A stretch of 64,000 bases of DNA from Clostridiales bacterium. Its GTDB lineage: Bacteria; Bacillota; Clostridia; Saccharofermentanales; Saccharofermentanaceae. The notes under the pieces are model-generated. The model did not search any database. It had not been told where the DNA came from and was given only the letters and a program-made list of their open reading frames with translations. The position numbers and the translations under genes are program-made. The number at the start of each line of letters is the position of its first letter. Within the stretch, counting starts at the first letter, position 1. Of this stretch, positions 19,601 through 27,483 are shown piece after piece. The stretch covers positions 17,052 to 81,051 of the forward strand of contig JAFZZM010000056.1 of the NCBI GenBank assembly GCA_017615755.1, written 5' to 3'.

Positions 19601-19868
19601 GAATCTGGAACAGACCGGATGCTCGGCGGCAAAACTGTTCTTTACGAGTGATGAATTCGTAAACTTTGGTCTTCCGGATGACGAGTATGTCAGAAGACTG
19701 TACACGACATTCATGGGCAGAGACCCGGAAGCAAGTGAAATTGCTTTCTGGACAGGAGAAATCACGAAGGAAACACAGACCAGAGCGAGCATCATGGCTT
19801 TCTTCGGTCAAAGTGAGGAATTCACGAAGATCTGCAAACAGTATGGTATCGAAAGAGGCGCGATCTGA
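16641..19868 (+). CDS. Large secreted surface protein: signal peptide, DUF6273-like domain, 3 FN3-like repeats, Pro/Thr linker, C-terminal module of four DUF4214-like repeats
   Basis: GGAGG RBS before ATG 16641. The region around IRKWMN...WWLRSS resembles DUF6273. Three ~95-aa repeats carry W..V..A..Y.V/KFKVRA patterns. The PT linker and four FxxxLYxxxLGRxPExxGxxYW repeats follow. Confidence 0.85.
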   Translation: MHCRIKNAKRKIASIVLAASLCTPLLAWKEDFSEKVYAAPSAFTKTKENTTIGVSAISNPTAPSSKSDAWKGSYVYFGKYNDKGVTYRVLNNKETKFGGTTMFLDCDTVLEDRVFAIDTTSNAWNDSAIRKWMNSNYFFNNSSYFSSVERASIRKSSIASHSLSGVDADAITAYKDYVGLSGDYVFLLDAEDILNSKYGYYSVMNPEGYSSIVASRGKRLFGGNSLHTWWLRSSSAIYDDRAGFINNSPQGIPGHGLVTAKFGFSPAMNINTSNVLFSSLVKSSTYKLTLYDQDIELSVPSDIDIQFSGNKVTVPYTLDGAHAENCNQLSVLITNNQPLDSSSIKLLHYGKASYSGNIVDAGKATFEIPSDLQGDWGTNFRVYLLAEQVNALDETDYACVPYQLPKLVLPAVKNFSIKSTNDGQSVELKWESVAGATTYEVFWKKDDGSFTCIAETAETSLNLSGLPFGSTFYFKIRACRKISGEKTVKIYGDYSELLKHIPQMGKVYLKYSYLVSKTDGFKLTWSSVDNADYYEVRQCLAPLKTGAYGEWTLVKNTTDTECYIPVEFGQKYMFAVRAHKSTSSGDGFGPYSDVLEYVPSVGKCSTLKGEPNVAGDGVKLEWDGGGFFAEDYEIWYQTGTTNSDGSITYSEWVKAGTSTERAYEAKGLVAGTPYKFKVRAHATDSGVDYYGDYSGTVKVVPRVGGPTNTPTPTNTPTPTNTPTPTKKATPTPTNTPTPKNTPTPTNTPTPTNTPTPTKKATPKPTKKVTPTPVTDQPTPTTKPGDPTPTTAPGQPTTAPGQPTPTTAPGDPTPTTGPGQPTPTETPDPTFKDFVERLYVVALNRASEPEGKAFWVEKVENGEYNGADCARFFLLEAPEFMNRQLNDSDFLEILYHTFYDRESDEAGKVYWMGRLANGTSRRDVVNDFIESTEWCNVCATYGVRSGAIYHKAEFASKNAIKFATRLYTCCLGRDPEEAGLKYWSLALTNLEQTGCSAAKLFFTSDEFVNFGLPDDEYVRRLYTTFMGRDPEASEIAFWTGEITKETQTRASIMAFFGQSEEFTKICKQYGIERGAI
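18756..19127 (+). repeat. In-frame Pro/Thr-rich tandem repeat linker: (PTNTPT)n blocks, then PG(D/Q)PTPTT units
   Basis: Reiterated acaccTACnCCGAC(a/c)AAtAC units are visible in the DNA. The block PTNTPTPTNTPTPT...KKATP occurs twice. Confidence 0.9.
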
Positions 19869-19893
19869 TCGGTTCTCTTAAAAGGAAGGTTTT

Positions 19894-20784
19894 ATGAACG
19901 AATCAAAGGGCAATATCAACTGGTTTCCTGGTCATATGCGAAAGGCACTGAACGAGGTTTCAGACAAACTGAAGTTCGTGGATATTGTATTTGAGACTGT
20001 GGACGCCAGAATTCCGATCTCCAGCCGAAATCCGGAACTGGATTCTCTGGTTGCGAAAAAACCAAGGATCGTAGTTTTGAACAAGGCGGATCTTGCGGAT
20101 GAAAGAGTTACCGATGAGTGGCTTGCATATTATAAAGCTTCCGGTATTTCCGCTATAGCAATCGACGCTTCTCATAAGAAGGGTCTGGATAAACTGAGAA
20201 GTATGGCAGTCGATGCCTGCAAGGACGTGCTGTCTAAAGCGGAAGCTAAAGGCCGTATAGGACGTCCTGTCCGTGCTATGGTCGTTGGTGTTCCGAACTC
20301 CGGCAAATCCACGCTGATCAACGGTCTTTGTAATCGAAAGATTGCCGTAACCGGCGATATGCCAGGTGTGACGCGTGACTTTAAGTGGGCAAGATCAGAC
20401 GGACAACTCGAACTCATGGATATGCCGGGAGTGCTTTGGCCGCGATTGGGAACGCCGAGAAATCAGCTTGTGCTGACACTGACCGGTGCAGTTAAGACAG
20501 AAGTGGTTGATGTGGTGGATGTTGCTTTCTCCGGTATGAAACTTATTGAGAAGCTCTATCCGCAGGAATTATATACCAGATATAAACTTGCGCCGGCAGG
20601 TTCGGACGAGTATATCGAAGACGATTATGAGAGATTTGAAGAAGCCGCAAGGAAAATGGGATGTATTCTTTCCGGTGGCCGCATCAATGATGAACGATTT
20701 GCAAAACTGTTCCTTGATGATCTTCGTAATACGAGAATTGCAAGGATCACACTTGAGACCCCGAATCAGCCTGATAAGGAGTAA
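19894..20784 (+). CDS. rbgA: Ribosome biogenesis GTPase A (YlqF/RbgA)
   Basis: Circularly permuted GTPase: NKADL precedes GVPNSGKST and DMPGV. N-terminal WFPGHM. Confidence 0.94.
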   Translation: MNESKGNINWFPGHMRKALNEVSDKLKFVDIVFETVDARIPISSRNPELDSLVAKKPRIVVLNKADLADERVTDEWLAYYKASGISAIAIDASHKKGLDKLRSMAVDACKDVLSKAEAKGRIGRPVRAMVVGVPNSGKSTLINGLCNRKIAVTGDMPGVTRDFKWARSDGQLELMDMPGVLWPRLGTPRNQLVLTLTGAVKTEVVDVVDVAFSGMKLIEKLYPQELYTRYKLAPAGSDEYIEDDYERFEEAARKMGCILSGGRINDERFAKLFLDDLRNTRIARITLETPNQPDKE

Positions 20785-20787
20785 TGC

Positions 20788-21417
20788 ATGACTAGAGAAG
20801 AAAAGCTCATATTGAAGTTTGAAGAAATGTCCGCTTATGAAAAAGAATCTGCGGCAGATGGCATGCCTGTGTGCTGCGGTATCGATGAAGCGGGAAGAGG
20901 CCCTCTGGCCGGACCTGTTGTTGCAGCCGCCTGCATTCTGGATCCGGATACTCCCATTTACGGACTGGACGATTCAAAAAAGCTTTCTCCTAAGAAAAGG
21001 GATCTGCTTTTTGATGAGATCCGTGAAAAAGCAAAGTGTTTCTGCGTGATCCGTGTGGAGCCGAAGGAGATCGATGAGATCAATATTCTTGAAGCAACCA
21101 AGAAAGCCATGCGCGCATGCGTAGCGGGACTATCCGTAAAACCGGATGTGCTTCTGATCGATGCGGTAAACCTGACAGGTACGGGGATTCCTGTAAAGCC
21201 CATAATTAAAGGTGACGCTAAATCTAATTCCATTGCTGCGGCATCGATCCTGGCCAAAGTTACGCGTGACCGTATCATGGAAGAGTACGATAAAGAGTAC
21301 CCGGGTTATGGATTTGCCCAGCATAAAGGATACGGAACGGCAGCGCATTACGCGGCGATCCATGAACTTGGCATTTCTCCGATACACAGGATGTCTTTTT
21401 TGAAAAAGATGCATTAA
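20788..21417 (+). CDS. rnhB: Ribonuclease HII
   Basis: GIDEAGRGPLAGPVV, DDSKKL, and the SIAAASILAKV motif. Confidence 0.95.
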   Translation: MTREEKLILKFEEMSAYEKESAADGMPVCCGIDEAGRGPLAGPVVAAACILDPDTPIYGLDDSKKLSPKKRDLLFDEIREKAKCFCVIRVEPKEIDEINILEATKKAMRACVAGLSVKPDVLLIDAVNLTGTGIPVKPIIKGDAKSNSIAAASILAKVTRDRIMEEYDKEYPGYGFAQHKGYGTAAHYAAIHELGISPIHRMSFLKKMH

Positions 21418-21444
21418 TTCTGATATTTGTTTTCAGGAGGAAGT

Positions 21445-21807
21445 GTGACCAGAAATCAGAATATCGGGAAGGGATCGGAGGATTTTGTAGCATCATTCCT
21501 TGAGCGTCGTGGTGCCCGCATCCTTGCGCGGAATTATTCTGTGCCTCGAGTCGGTGAAATAGATATCATTTGCGAGTATAAGGGAAAGATCCTGGTTATC
21601 GAAGTCAAATCCAGATATAAGGAAATGCGTTACGGAACTCCGGAAGAAGCGGTGACAGCTTCTAAACAAAATAAGGTCATGAAAACTGCTGTATACTATT
21701 GTAAAGAGAATCATATTTCTTTTGATACGGTTTCCTTCTTTGTGGCCGGAGTGATCCACGATGCTCAGGGGAATATTTTGGATGTGCAGTTTACGCCATT
21801 CTTTTGA
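21445..21807 (+). CDS. yraN: YraN/UPF0102 family endonuclease-like protein
   Basis: G...E..A..FLERRG.RILARN....GEIDII pattern. A GTG start at 21445, 4 nt after AGGAGG, is favoured; the start is uncertain. Confidence 0.8.
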   Translation: MTRNQNIGKGSEDFVASFLERRGARILARNYSVPRVGEIDIICEYKGKILVIEVKSRYKEMRYGTPEEAVTASKQNKVMKTAVYYCKENHISFDTVSFFVAGVIHDAQGNILDVQFTPFF

Positions 21808-21822
21808 GATGAATTGAAGTTT

Positions 21823-23241
21823 ATGATGAAATGGATTCAAAAATCGAAAACGATTCTATCTGTCCTGGTTGCTTTATCCATAGGACTTGCTTTTGGATGC
21901 GCGAATTCTGAATCAAGTGGAGCCGATGCAACCACGGTTGCACCGACTACTTCAGTAACTACAACTGAATCGGAAAGTTCTTCTGAAACGACAAAACAAA
22001 AAGAATCATCTTCAGAAGAGACAACAACACAAGAAGAGACGACAACCACAGAGAGCACAACCGAATCAACTTCTGAATCTAAAACTGAATCCACTACGGA
22101 AGAAACAACAACGGAATCTTCAGAGGAAACTACCACTACTGAGGAAACAACTACTGAAGAAACGACGACATCCGAGACGACTGAAGGATCTTCATCCAAA
22201 GAGGAAACACAAACCTCATCTGAAACATCGGAGCCCTCTTCGCCATCCGATCCGTCTGATCCTGAGAAAAAAGGACTGGTCGTGCATTTTATCGATGTGG
22301 ATCAGGGAGACTCTTCCTTGATTATATGCGATGGCGAGGCTATGTTAATTGATGGCGGTTCTTCGGATAAATCCGAATTGATCTATGCGTATCTGAAAAA
22401 ATATGAGATCACACATCTGAAGTATATCGTCGCTACACATCCGGACGATGATTACATCGGAGGTCTTTCCGCGGCACTCATTTTTGCAACGGTGGAACGT
22501 GCTTTTTGCTCAGTGGACGAATATGACAGTAAGCCGTTTTCAAGTTTTCAGAAATACCTCAATAAGCAAAAAGTAGAACTCGAGATTCCGGAAGCGGGGA
22601 CAGAACTTGCTCTTGGCTGCGCCAAACTGACCGTGCTTGCGCCAATAAAAGAATTGGAATCCACAAACAATAATTCCATCGTGATCCGTCTGGAATATGG
22701 AAAGACATCGTTTCTGTTTACCGGCGATGCTGAATTTGACGAGGAAGATACGATTCTCTTTTCTGACCGGATAGTTGAGAGCACTGTCCTGAAAGTCGGC
22801 CATCACGGAAGCGAGTATTCAACATCAAAGGATTTCCTGGATGCGATTTCTCCTTCGATCGCTATCATTTCATGCGGGAAAGATAATACTTACGGTTTCC
22901 CGAAGCAAACTGTTCTGGATCTTCTGAAGGAGCGCAACGTAGATTTGTACCGCACAGACATGCATGGCGATATTTTGGTGTATTCCAATGGTGAGAAGAT
23001 TACTGTTTCCATGGAAAAAGAACCTGACGGTGATGTGTTCCTGGCCCCGGTCATTGAAAGCCCGGATCCGGGAAGTGAAGTGGATTGTGACTATATATGT
23101 AATAAGAACTCGCATAAGTTCCATTATCCGAATTGTGAAGCAGTTCGAAAAATGAAGGAAGCAAACAAACTATACTTTAAGGGAGATCGTCAGGAACTTA
23201 TCGATGATGGTTATGTACCTTGTAAGATTTGTAATCCTTAG
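21823..23241 (+). CDS. Secreted, probably lipoprotein, ComEC/Rec2-type metallo-beta-lactamase-fold protein with a Ser/Thr/Glu linker and a Cys-rich C-terminal tail
   Basis: Signal peptide ...LAFGC. About 110 aa of S/T/E low complexity. MBL motifs VHFIDVDQGDS, ATHPDDDYIGG, FTGDAE, KVGHHGS. C-terminal CxxxC...C...CxxC. Confidence 0.8.
   Translation: MMKWIQKSKTILSVLVALSIGLAFGCANSESSGADATTVAPTTSVTTTESESSSETTKQKESSSEETTTQEETTTTESTTESTSESKTESTTEETTTESSEETTTTEETTTEETTTSETTEGSSSKEETQTSSETSEPSSPSDPSDPEKKGLVVHFIDVDQGDSSLIICDGEAMLIDGGSSDKSELIYAYLKKYEITHLKYIVATHPDDDYIGGLSAALIFATVERAFCSVDEYDSKPFSSFQKYLNKQKVELEIPEAGTELALGCAKLTVLAPIKELESTNNNSIVIRLEYGKTSFLFTGDAEFDEEDTILFSDRIVESTVLKVGHHGSEYSTSKDFLDAISPSIAIISCGKDNTYGFPKQTVLDLLKERNVDLYRTDMHGDILVYSNGEKITVSMEKEPDGDVFLAPVIESPDPGSEVDCDYICNKNSHKFHYPNCEAVRKMKEANKLYFKGDRQELIDDGYVPCKICNP
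21931..22272 (+). repeat. In-frame Ser/Thr/Glu-rich low-complexity linker
   Basis: Reiterated GAA/ACN/TCN codons encode TTTESE..EETTT... runs. Confidence 0.85.
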
Positions 23242-23364
23242 TGCTCTTTTGCATTTCTGATTGCCTTTTCCTCCATATGTATTGCCAATTTGCCCTCGAA
23301 GAGGCAGGGAAATCCGCTTCTTTTGGACATTTTATCGAATTCCTATAAAAGTTCTGCAAGTTGC

Positions 23365-23393
23365 TTGTCAAAATCCTTCATTTATAACATAAT
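23365..23393 (+). promoter_or_regulatory. Candidate promoter of the aminotransferase-purB unit
   Basis: TTGTCA, 17-nt spacer, CATAAT. This would leave a 5' UTR of about 105 nt. Confidence 0.45.
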
Positions 23394-23506
23394 GGTGAAG
23401 GTTTAAAATCCAATATCCAAATAGAATATGCAAGAGAACACAAACAAAATTGCTTTTTGAGTGCTTTTGGCGCGGAAAATAGCAAAACAACAGGAGGACG
23501 ATGTCA

Positions 23507-24796
23507 ATGAAGACATATCTTGAACTGAGCAAGGCGGAACTACAGGACACACTCAAGATTTTGGAGATCCGGTACAATGATCTGAAATCCCGTAATCTGG
23601 CTTTAGACATGACGCGCGGTAAGCCGAGCCCGGATCAGTTGAGCATTGCAAATGGCATGCCGGGTCTTCTTGATGCAGATAATCTGAAGGCAGAAGACGG
23701 TTCTGACTGCCGTAACTACGGTGTACCCTTCGGCCTGAAGGAATCCAGAAACCTCTTTGGTGAGATCCTGGGAATCGATCCTGTACTGGTTACTGTTGGT
23801 AATAACTCCAGCCTTCAGCTGATGTATGACACACTTTCCCGTTCTTTGATCTTTGGTGAGATCGAGTCCGAGAAGCCGTGGGGACAGATTCCGAACCGCA
23901 AATGGATCTGCCCGGTGCCGGGTTATGACAGACACTTCCTCGTTACGGAAACACTTGGCTTCGAGCTCATCGCTGTTCCGCTGAACGAAGATGGCCCGGA
24001 TATGGACATGGTTGAGAAGCTGGTTGCTGAAGATCCGTCGATCCTCGGTATGTGGGCAATGCCGCTTTACAGCAATCCGGACGGATATATCTATTCGGAA
24101 GAAGTATGCAAGCGTCTGGTTTCCATGAAGACCGCCGCTCCTGATTTCCGTATCTTCTGGGATAATGCTTATGTGGTTCACCATCTTTACGATGATGTTT
24201 CCAAGCAGGGAACTCTTCCGGAGATCCTCGGCCTTGCAAGAGAAGCCGGTAATCCGAACCGCGTATACGAGTTCGCATCCACAAGTAAGATCACATTTGC
24301 CGGTGCCGGTATTGCCTGCATGGCTGCAAACGAAGAAAATACAACACGTGCCAGAAAGTATCTGGGCGTTCAGTCTATCGGTCCGAACAAGATCATTCAG
24401 TTGATGCATGCTAAGTATGTTCCGAACCTTGACGCAGTCAAGAAGGTCATGTCCAAGCAGGCAGATCTTTTGCGCCCGAAGTTTGAGAAGGTCCTGAGCA
24501 TTCTTAAGGATGAGTTCGAAGGTTCCGGTATCGCTCGCTGGAATTCTCCTTTGGGTGGTTATTTTGTTTCCCTGTATGTACTTGACGGTACTGCAAAAGA
24601 AACTGTAAGACTTGCCAAGGAGTGCGGTGTGGCGCTGACACCTGCCGGTGCGACCTATCCTTACGGAAAAGATCCGTCTGACAGCAATATCCGTATCGCC
24701 CCGAGCTTCCCGAAGATAGAAGATATCGAACTTGCCGTTACAGTTCTCGGAGTTTGTGCTAAACTATCAGCTGTAAGAAAACTTTTGGAGGAGTAA
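23507..24796 (+). CDS. PLP-dependent class I/II aminotransferase (aspartate-aminotransferase-like family)
   Basis: LDMTRGKPSPDQL N-terminus, PLP-lysine context ASTSKITFAGAG. Start at 23507 is preferred over 23501 on RBS spacing. Confidence 0.8.
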   Translation: MKTYLELSKAELQDTLKILEIRYNDLKSRNLALDMTRGKPSPDQLSIANGMPGLLDADNLKAEDGSDCRNYGVPFGLKESRNLFGEILGIDPVLVTVGNNSSLQLMYDTLSRSLIFGEIESEKPWGQIPNRKWICPVPGYDRHFLVTETLGFELIAVPLNEDGPDMDMVEKLVAEDPSILGMWAMPLYSNPDGYIYSEEVCKRLVSMKTAAPDFRIFWDNAYVVHHLYDDVSKQGTLPEILGLAREAGNPNRVYEFASTSKITFAGAGIACMAANEENTTRARKYLGVQSIGPNKIIQLMHAKYVPNLDAVKKVMSKQADLLRPKFEKVLSILKDEFEGSGIARWNSPLGGYFVSLYVLDGTAKETVRLAKECGVALTPAGATYPYGKDPSDSNIRIAPSFPKIEDIELAVTVLGVCAKLSAVRKLLEE

Positions 24797-24800
24797 TGTC

Positions 24801-26234
24801 ATGAAAGATATCTACGAGAGTCCGCTGAATTCCCGTTATTCCAGCAAGGAAATGAAGGCCGTTTTTTCGCCTGATCATAAGTTTAAGACTTGGAGACAGC
24901 TCTGGATCTATCTTGCTTCCTGTGAAAAAGAACTTGGCCTGAACATCACTGATGAACAGATCGCTGAGCTTGAGGCAAGCAAGGACGATATCAACTATGA
25001 TGTAGCTGCAAGAGAAGAGAAGCTTGTACGTCATGACGTTATGGCTCATGTACATGCTTATGGTGAGCAGTGCCCGAAGGCGAAGGGAATCATTCACCTC
25101 GGTGCAACATCCTGCTACGTAGGCGATAACACAGATATCCTTCTTATGAGAGAAGCTTTGATCCTTACTCGTAAGAGACTTCTTGCCGTTATTGAGAAGC
25201 TTGCTAAGTTTGCAGATGAATATAAGGCAATGCCGACACTCGGCTTTACGCATTTCCAGCCTGCTCAGCTTGTAACGGTTGGTAAGCGTGCCACACTTTG
25301 GCTCCAGGATCTCCTGATCGACCTCGATGAACTGGATTACACACTGTCTTGCTTGAAGCCGCTTGGCTGCAAGGGTACAACGGGTACACAGGCCAGCTTC
25401 CTGGATCTTTTCCAGGGCGACCACGATAAGGTCGAGAAACTCGATAAGATGATTGCAGAGAAGATGGGCTTTGAATCTTCCATCTCCGTAAGTGGTCAGA
25501 CATACACAAGAAAGCTCGATGCAAAAGTACTGAATACTCTTTCCGGTATTGCAACTTCTGCTCATAAGTTCAGCAACGACATCCGTCTGCTTCAGCATCT
25601 CAAGGAAATCGAGGAGCCTTTCGAGAAGACTCAGATCGGTTCTTCCGCTATGGCATATAAGCGTAACCCGATGCGTAGTGAGCGTATCTGCTCCTTGTCC
25701 CGTTATGTGATCGCGAATGCGTTGAACCCGGCTATGACAGCTTCCGAGCAGTGGTTCGAGAGAACTCTGGATGACTCTGCGAATAAGCGTATCTCCGTTC
25801 CGGAAGCTTTCCTGGCTGTTGATGCGATCCTGAGCATCTATCTCAATGTTGCATCCGGTCTGGTCGTTTATCCGAAAATGATCCATAACCACATCATGAA
25901 CGAACTCCCGTTCATGGCGACAGAGAACATCATGATGGAAGCAGTAAAGCGCGGCGGTGACCGTCAGGAACTTCATGAGAAGATCCGTGTTCACTCCATG
26001 GCGGCTGGTAAAGTAGTCAAGGAAGAAGGTCTTCCGAATGATCTTCTCAGCCGTATCGCTGATGACCCGGCTTTCGGTCTGGATAAGGATTCACTTGATA
26101 CACTTCTTGATCCGAAGCTTTACATCGGCCGTTGCCCTGAACAGGTAACGTCTTTCCTGAAGAACGATGTTGAACCTGTTCTTAAGTTCTACGCTGACGA
26201 GCTCGATATTGAAGAGCCGGAATTGAATGTGTAA
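24801..26234 (+). CDS. purB: Adenylosuccinate lyase
   Basis: Fumarate-lyase signature GSSAMAYKRNP and a long-form PurB N-terminus (YESPLNSRYSSKEM). Confidence 0.95.
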   Translation: MKDIYESPLNSRYSSKEMKAVFSPDHKFKTWRQLWIYLASCEKELGLNITDEQIAELEASKDDINYDVAAREEKLVRHDVMAHVHAYGEQCPKAKGIIHLGATSCYVGDNTDILLMREALILTRKRLLAVIEKLAKFADEYKAMPTLGFTHFQPAQLVTVGKRATLWLQDLLIDLDELDYTLSCLKPLGCKGTTGTQASFLDLFQGDHDKVEKLDKMIAEKMGFESSISVSGQTYTRKLDAKVLNTLSGIATSAHKFSNDIRLLQHLKEIEEPFEKTQIGSSAMAYKRNPMRSERICSLSRYVIANALNPAMTASEQWFERTLDDSANKRISVPEAFLAVDAILSIYLNVASGLVVYPKMIHNHIMNELPFMATENIMMEAVKRGGDRQELHEKIRVHSMAAGKVVKEEGLPNDLLSRIADDPAFGLDKDSLDTLLDPKLYIGRCPEQVTSFLKNDVEPVLKFYADELDIEEPELNV

Positions 26235-26288
26235 GTTTCTTACGAAGCAAAGACGTACAATGAAGTGCTTTTGAAACGGAATGAGAAT

Positions 26289-27428
26289 ATGAGCATTTAT
26301 TTAGACAATAGTGCAACCACGAAGCCACTTCCTGAAGTGGCTCGTTTGGTTTATGAAACATTGAGCGGGGAGGAGTCCTACGGTAATCCCGGATCCCTTC
26401 ATCGTCTTGGTGTTCTGGCCGAAAAGAACTTGAATGAGTCTTCCGAGAAGATCGCGAAGCTTCTTTCCTGTAAGAAAGACGAGCTGTATTTCACGTCCTG
26501 CGGTTCCGAGTCGGTAAATACGTCGATCATAGGCTATGTGCACCAGAATCCGAGAGCCGGCAAGAAGATCATCTCGACAAAAACAGAGCATAAGGCTTCG
26601 CTTGAGTCCTTGGATAAGCTCGCAAAAGAGGGATATGAGATCTGTTATATTCCGGTTGATGCGACCGGAAAGCCCGATATGGAGGCACTTTATGACGCGA
26701 TCGATGAAAATACTGCGCTTCTGACATTTACGCATGTGAATAATGAGACCGGTGCGATCCTGCCGCTCGAGAAAATCATAGAGATCCGTAACAAGAAGAA
26801 CCGCAATACGAAGATCCATCTGGACTGCGTGCAGTCTCTGGGAAAACTGCCGATCGCACTTTCGCGAATGGGCATCGATATGGCCTCTTTCTCCGGTCAC
26901 AAGATCCATGCGCTGAAAGGCTTCGGACTTCTTTATATCAAAACCGGTGTAAGAGTCGCACCTCTGATCCTGGGCGGTGGACAGCAGCGTGGAATGCGCT
27001 CCGGAACCCAGAGTCCATATCTGGCAAGTGCTTTTTCCCTGGCTTTGGAAAAAGCAACGGAGACCATCGAGGAGAACCTTGTGAAGATGCAGGCGCTTCG
27101 TGACGAGTTCGCAGGAAAGCTCGAAGAAGTCGGAACACAGGTGCTTTCACCGAAAGATGCACTTCCTTATGTGCTAAATGTGTCTTTTCCTTCGTTTCAG
27201 TCAGAAACCATGTTGCACTGTCTGGAAGAAAAGGATATCTTTGTTTCGACGGTTTCCGCATGTTCCTCAAAAACAAAAAAAGTCAGTTATGTTCTGACGG
27301 AAATGGGAATACGTCGTGAGATCGCTGCCAATGCGGTGCGTTTCAGTTTTTCGAGATTTACTACAAAAGAAGAACTGGATGCAACGATCGATGCAGTCAA
27401 GCAGATCTACGAAAGATACAAAGTATAA
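26289..27428 (+). CDS. Cysteine desulfurase (NifS/IscS class), paired with thiI
   Basis: YLDNSATT, PLP-Lys SGHKIHALKG, active-site SACSS. Sits directly upstream of thiI. Confidence 0.88.
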   Translation: MSIYLDNSATTKPLPEVARLVYETLSGEESYGNPGSLHRLGVLAEKNLNESSEKIAKLLSCKKDELYFTSCGSESVNTSIIGYVHQNPRAGKKIISTKTEHKASLESLDKLAKEGYEICYIPVDATGKPDMEALYDAIDENTALLTFTHVNNETGAILPLEKIIEIRNKKNRNTKIHLDCVQSLGKLPIALSRMGIDMASFSGHKIHALKGFGLLYIKTGVRVAPLILGGGQQRGMRSGTQSPYLASAFSLALEKATETIEENLVKMQALRDEFAGKLEEVGTQVLSPKDALPYVLNVSFPSFQSETMLHCLEEKDIFVSTVSACSSKTKKVSYVLTEMGIRREIAANAVRFSFSRFTTKEELDATIDAVKQIYERYKV

Positions 27429-27483
27429 GAATCGTCCGTTTTGACAACCTCGGACGTAAGAAAGAGATCAAGGAGAGAAGAGA

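Noticed and set aside
18612-19811. A 399-aa minus-strand ORF, plus short ORFs (18716-18946, 18736-18960, 19040-19294) across the PT-repeat region.
   Set aside because: These are alternative-frame or antisense readings of the Pro/Thr repeat and DUF4214-like region. They translate to Arg/Cys or Gly/Val low complexity. The + frame gives a coherent multidomain secreted protein.
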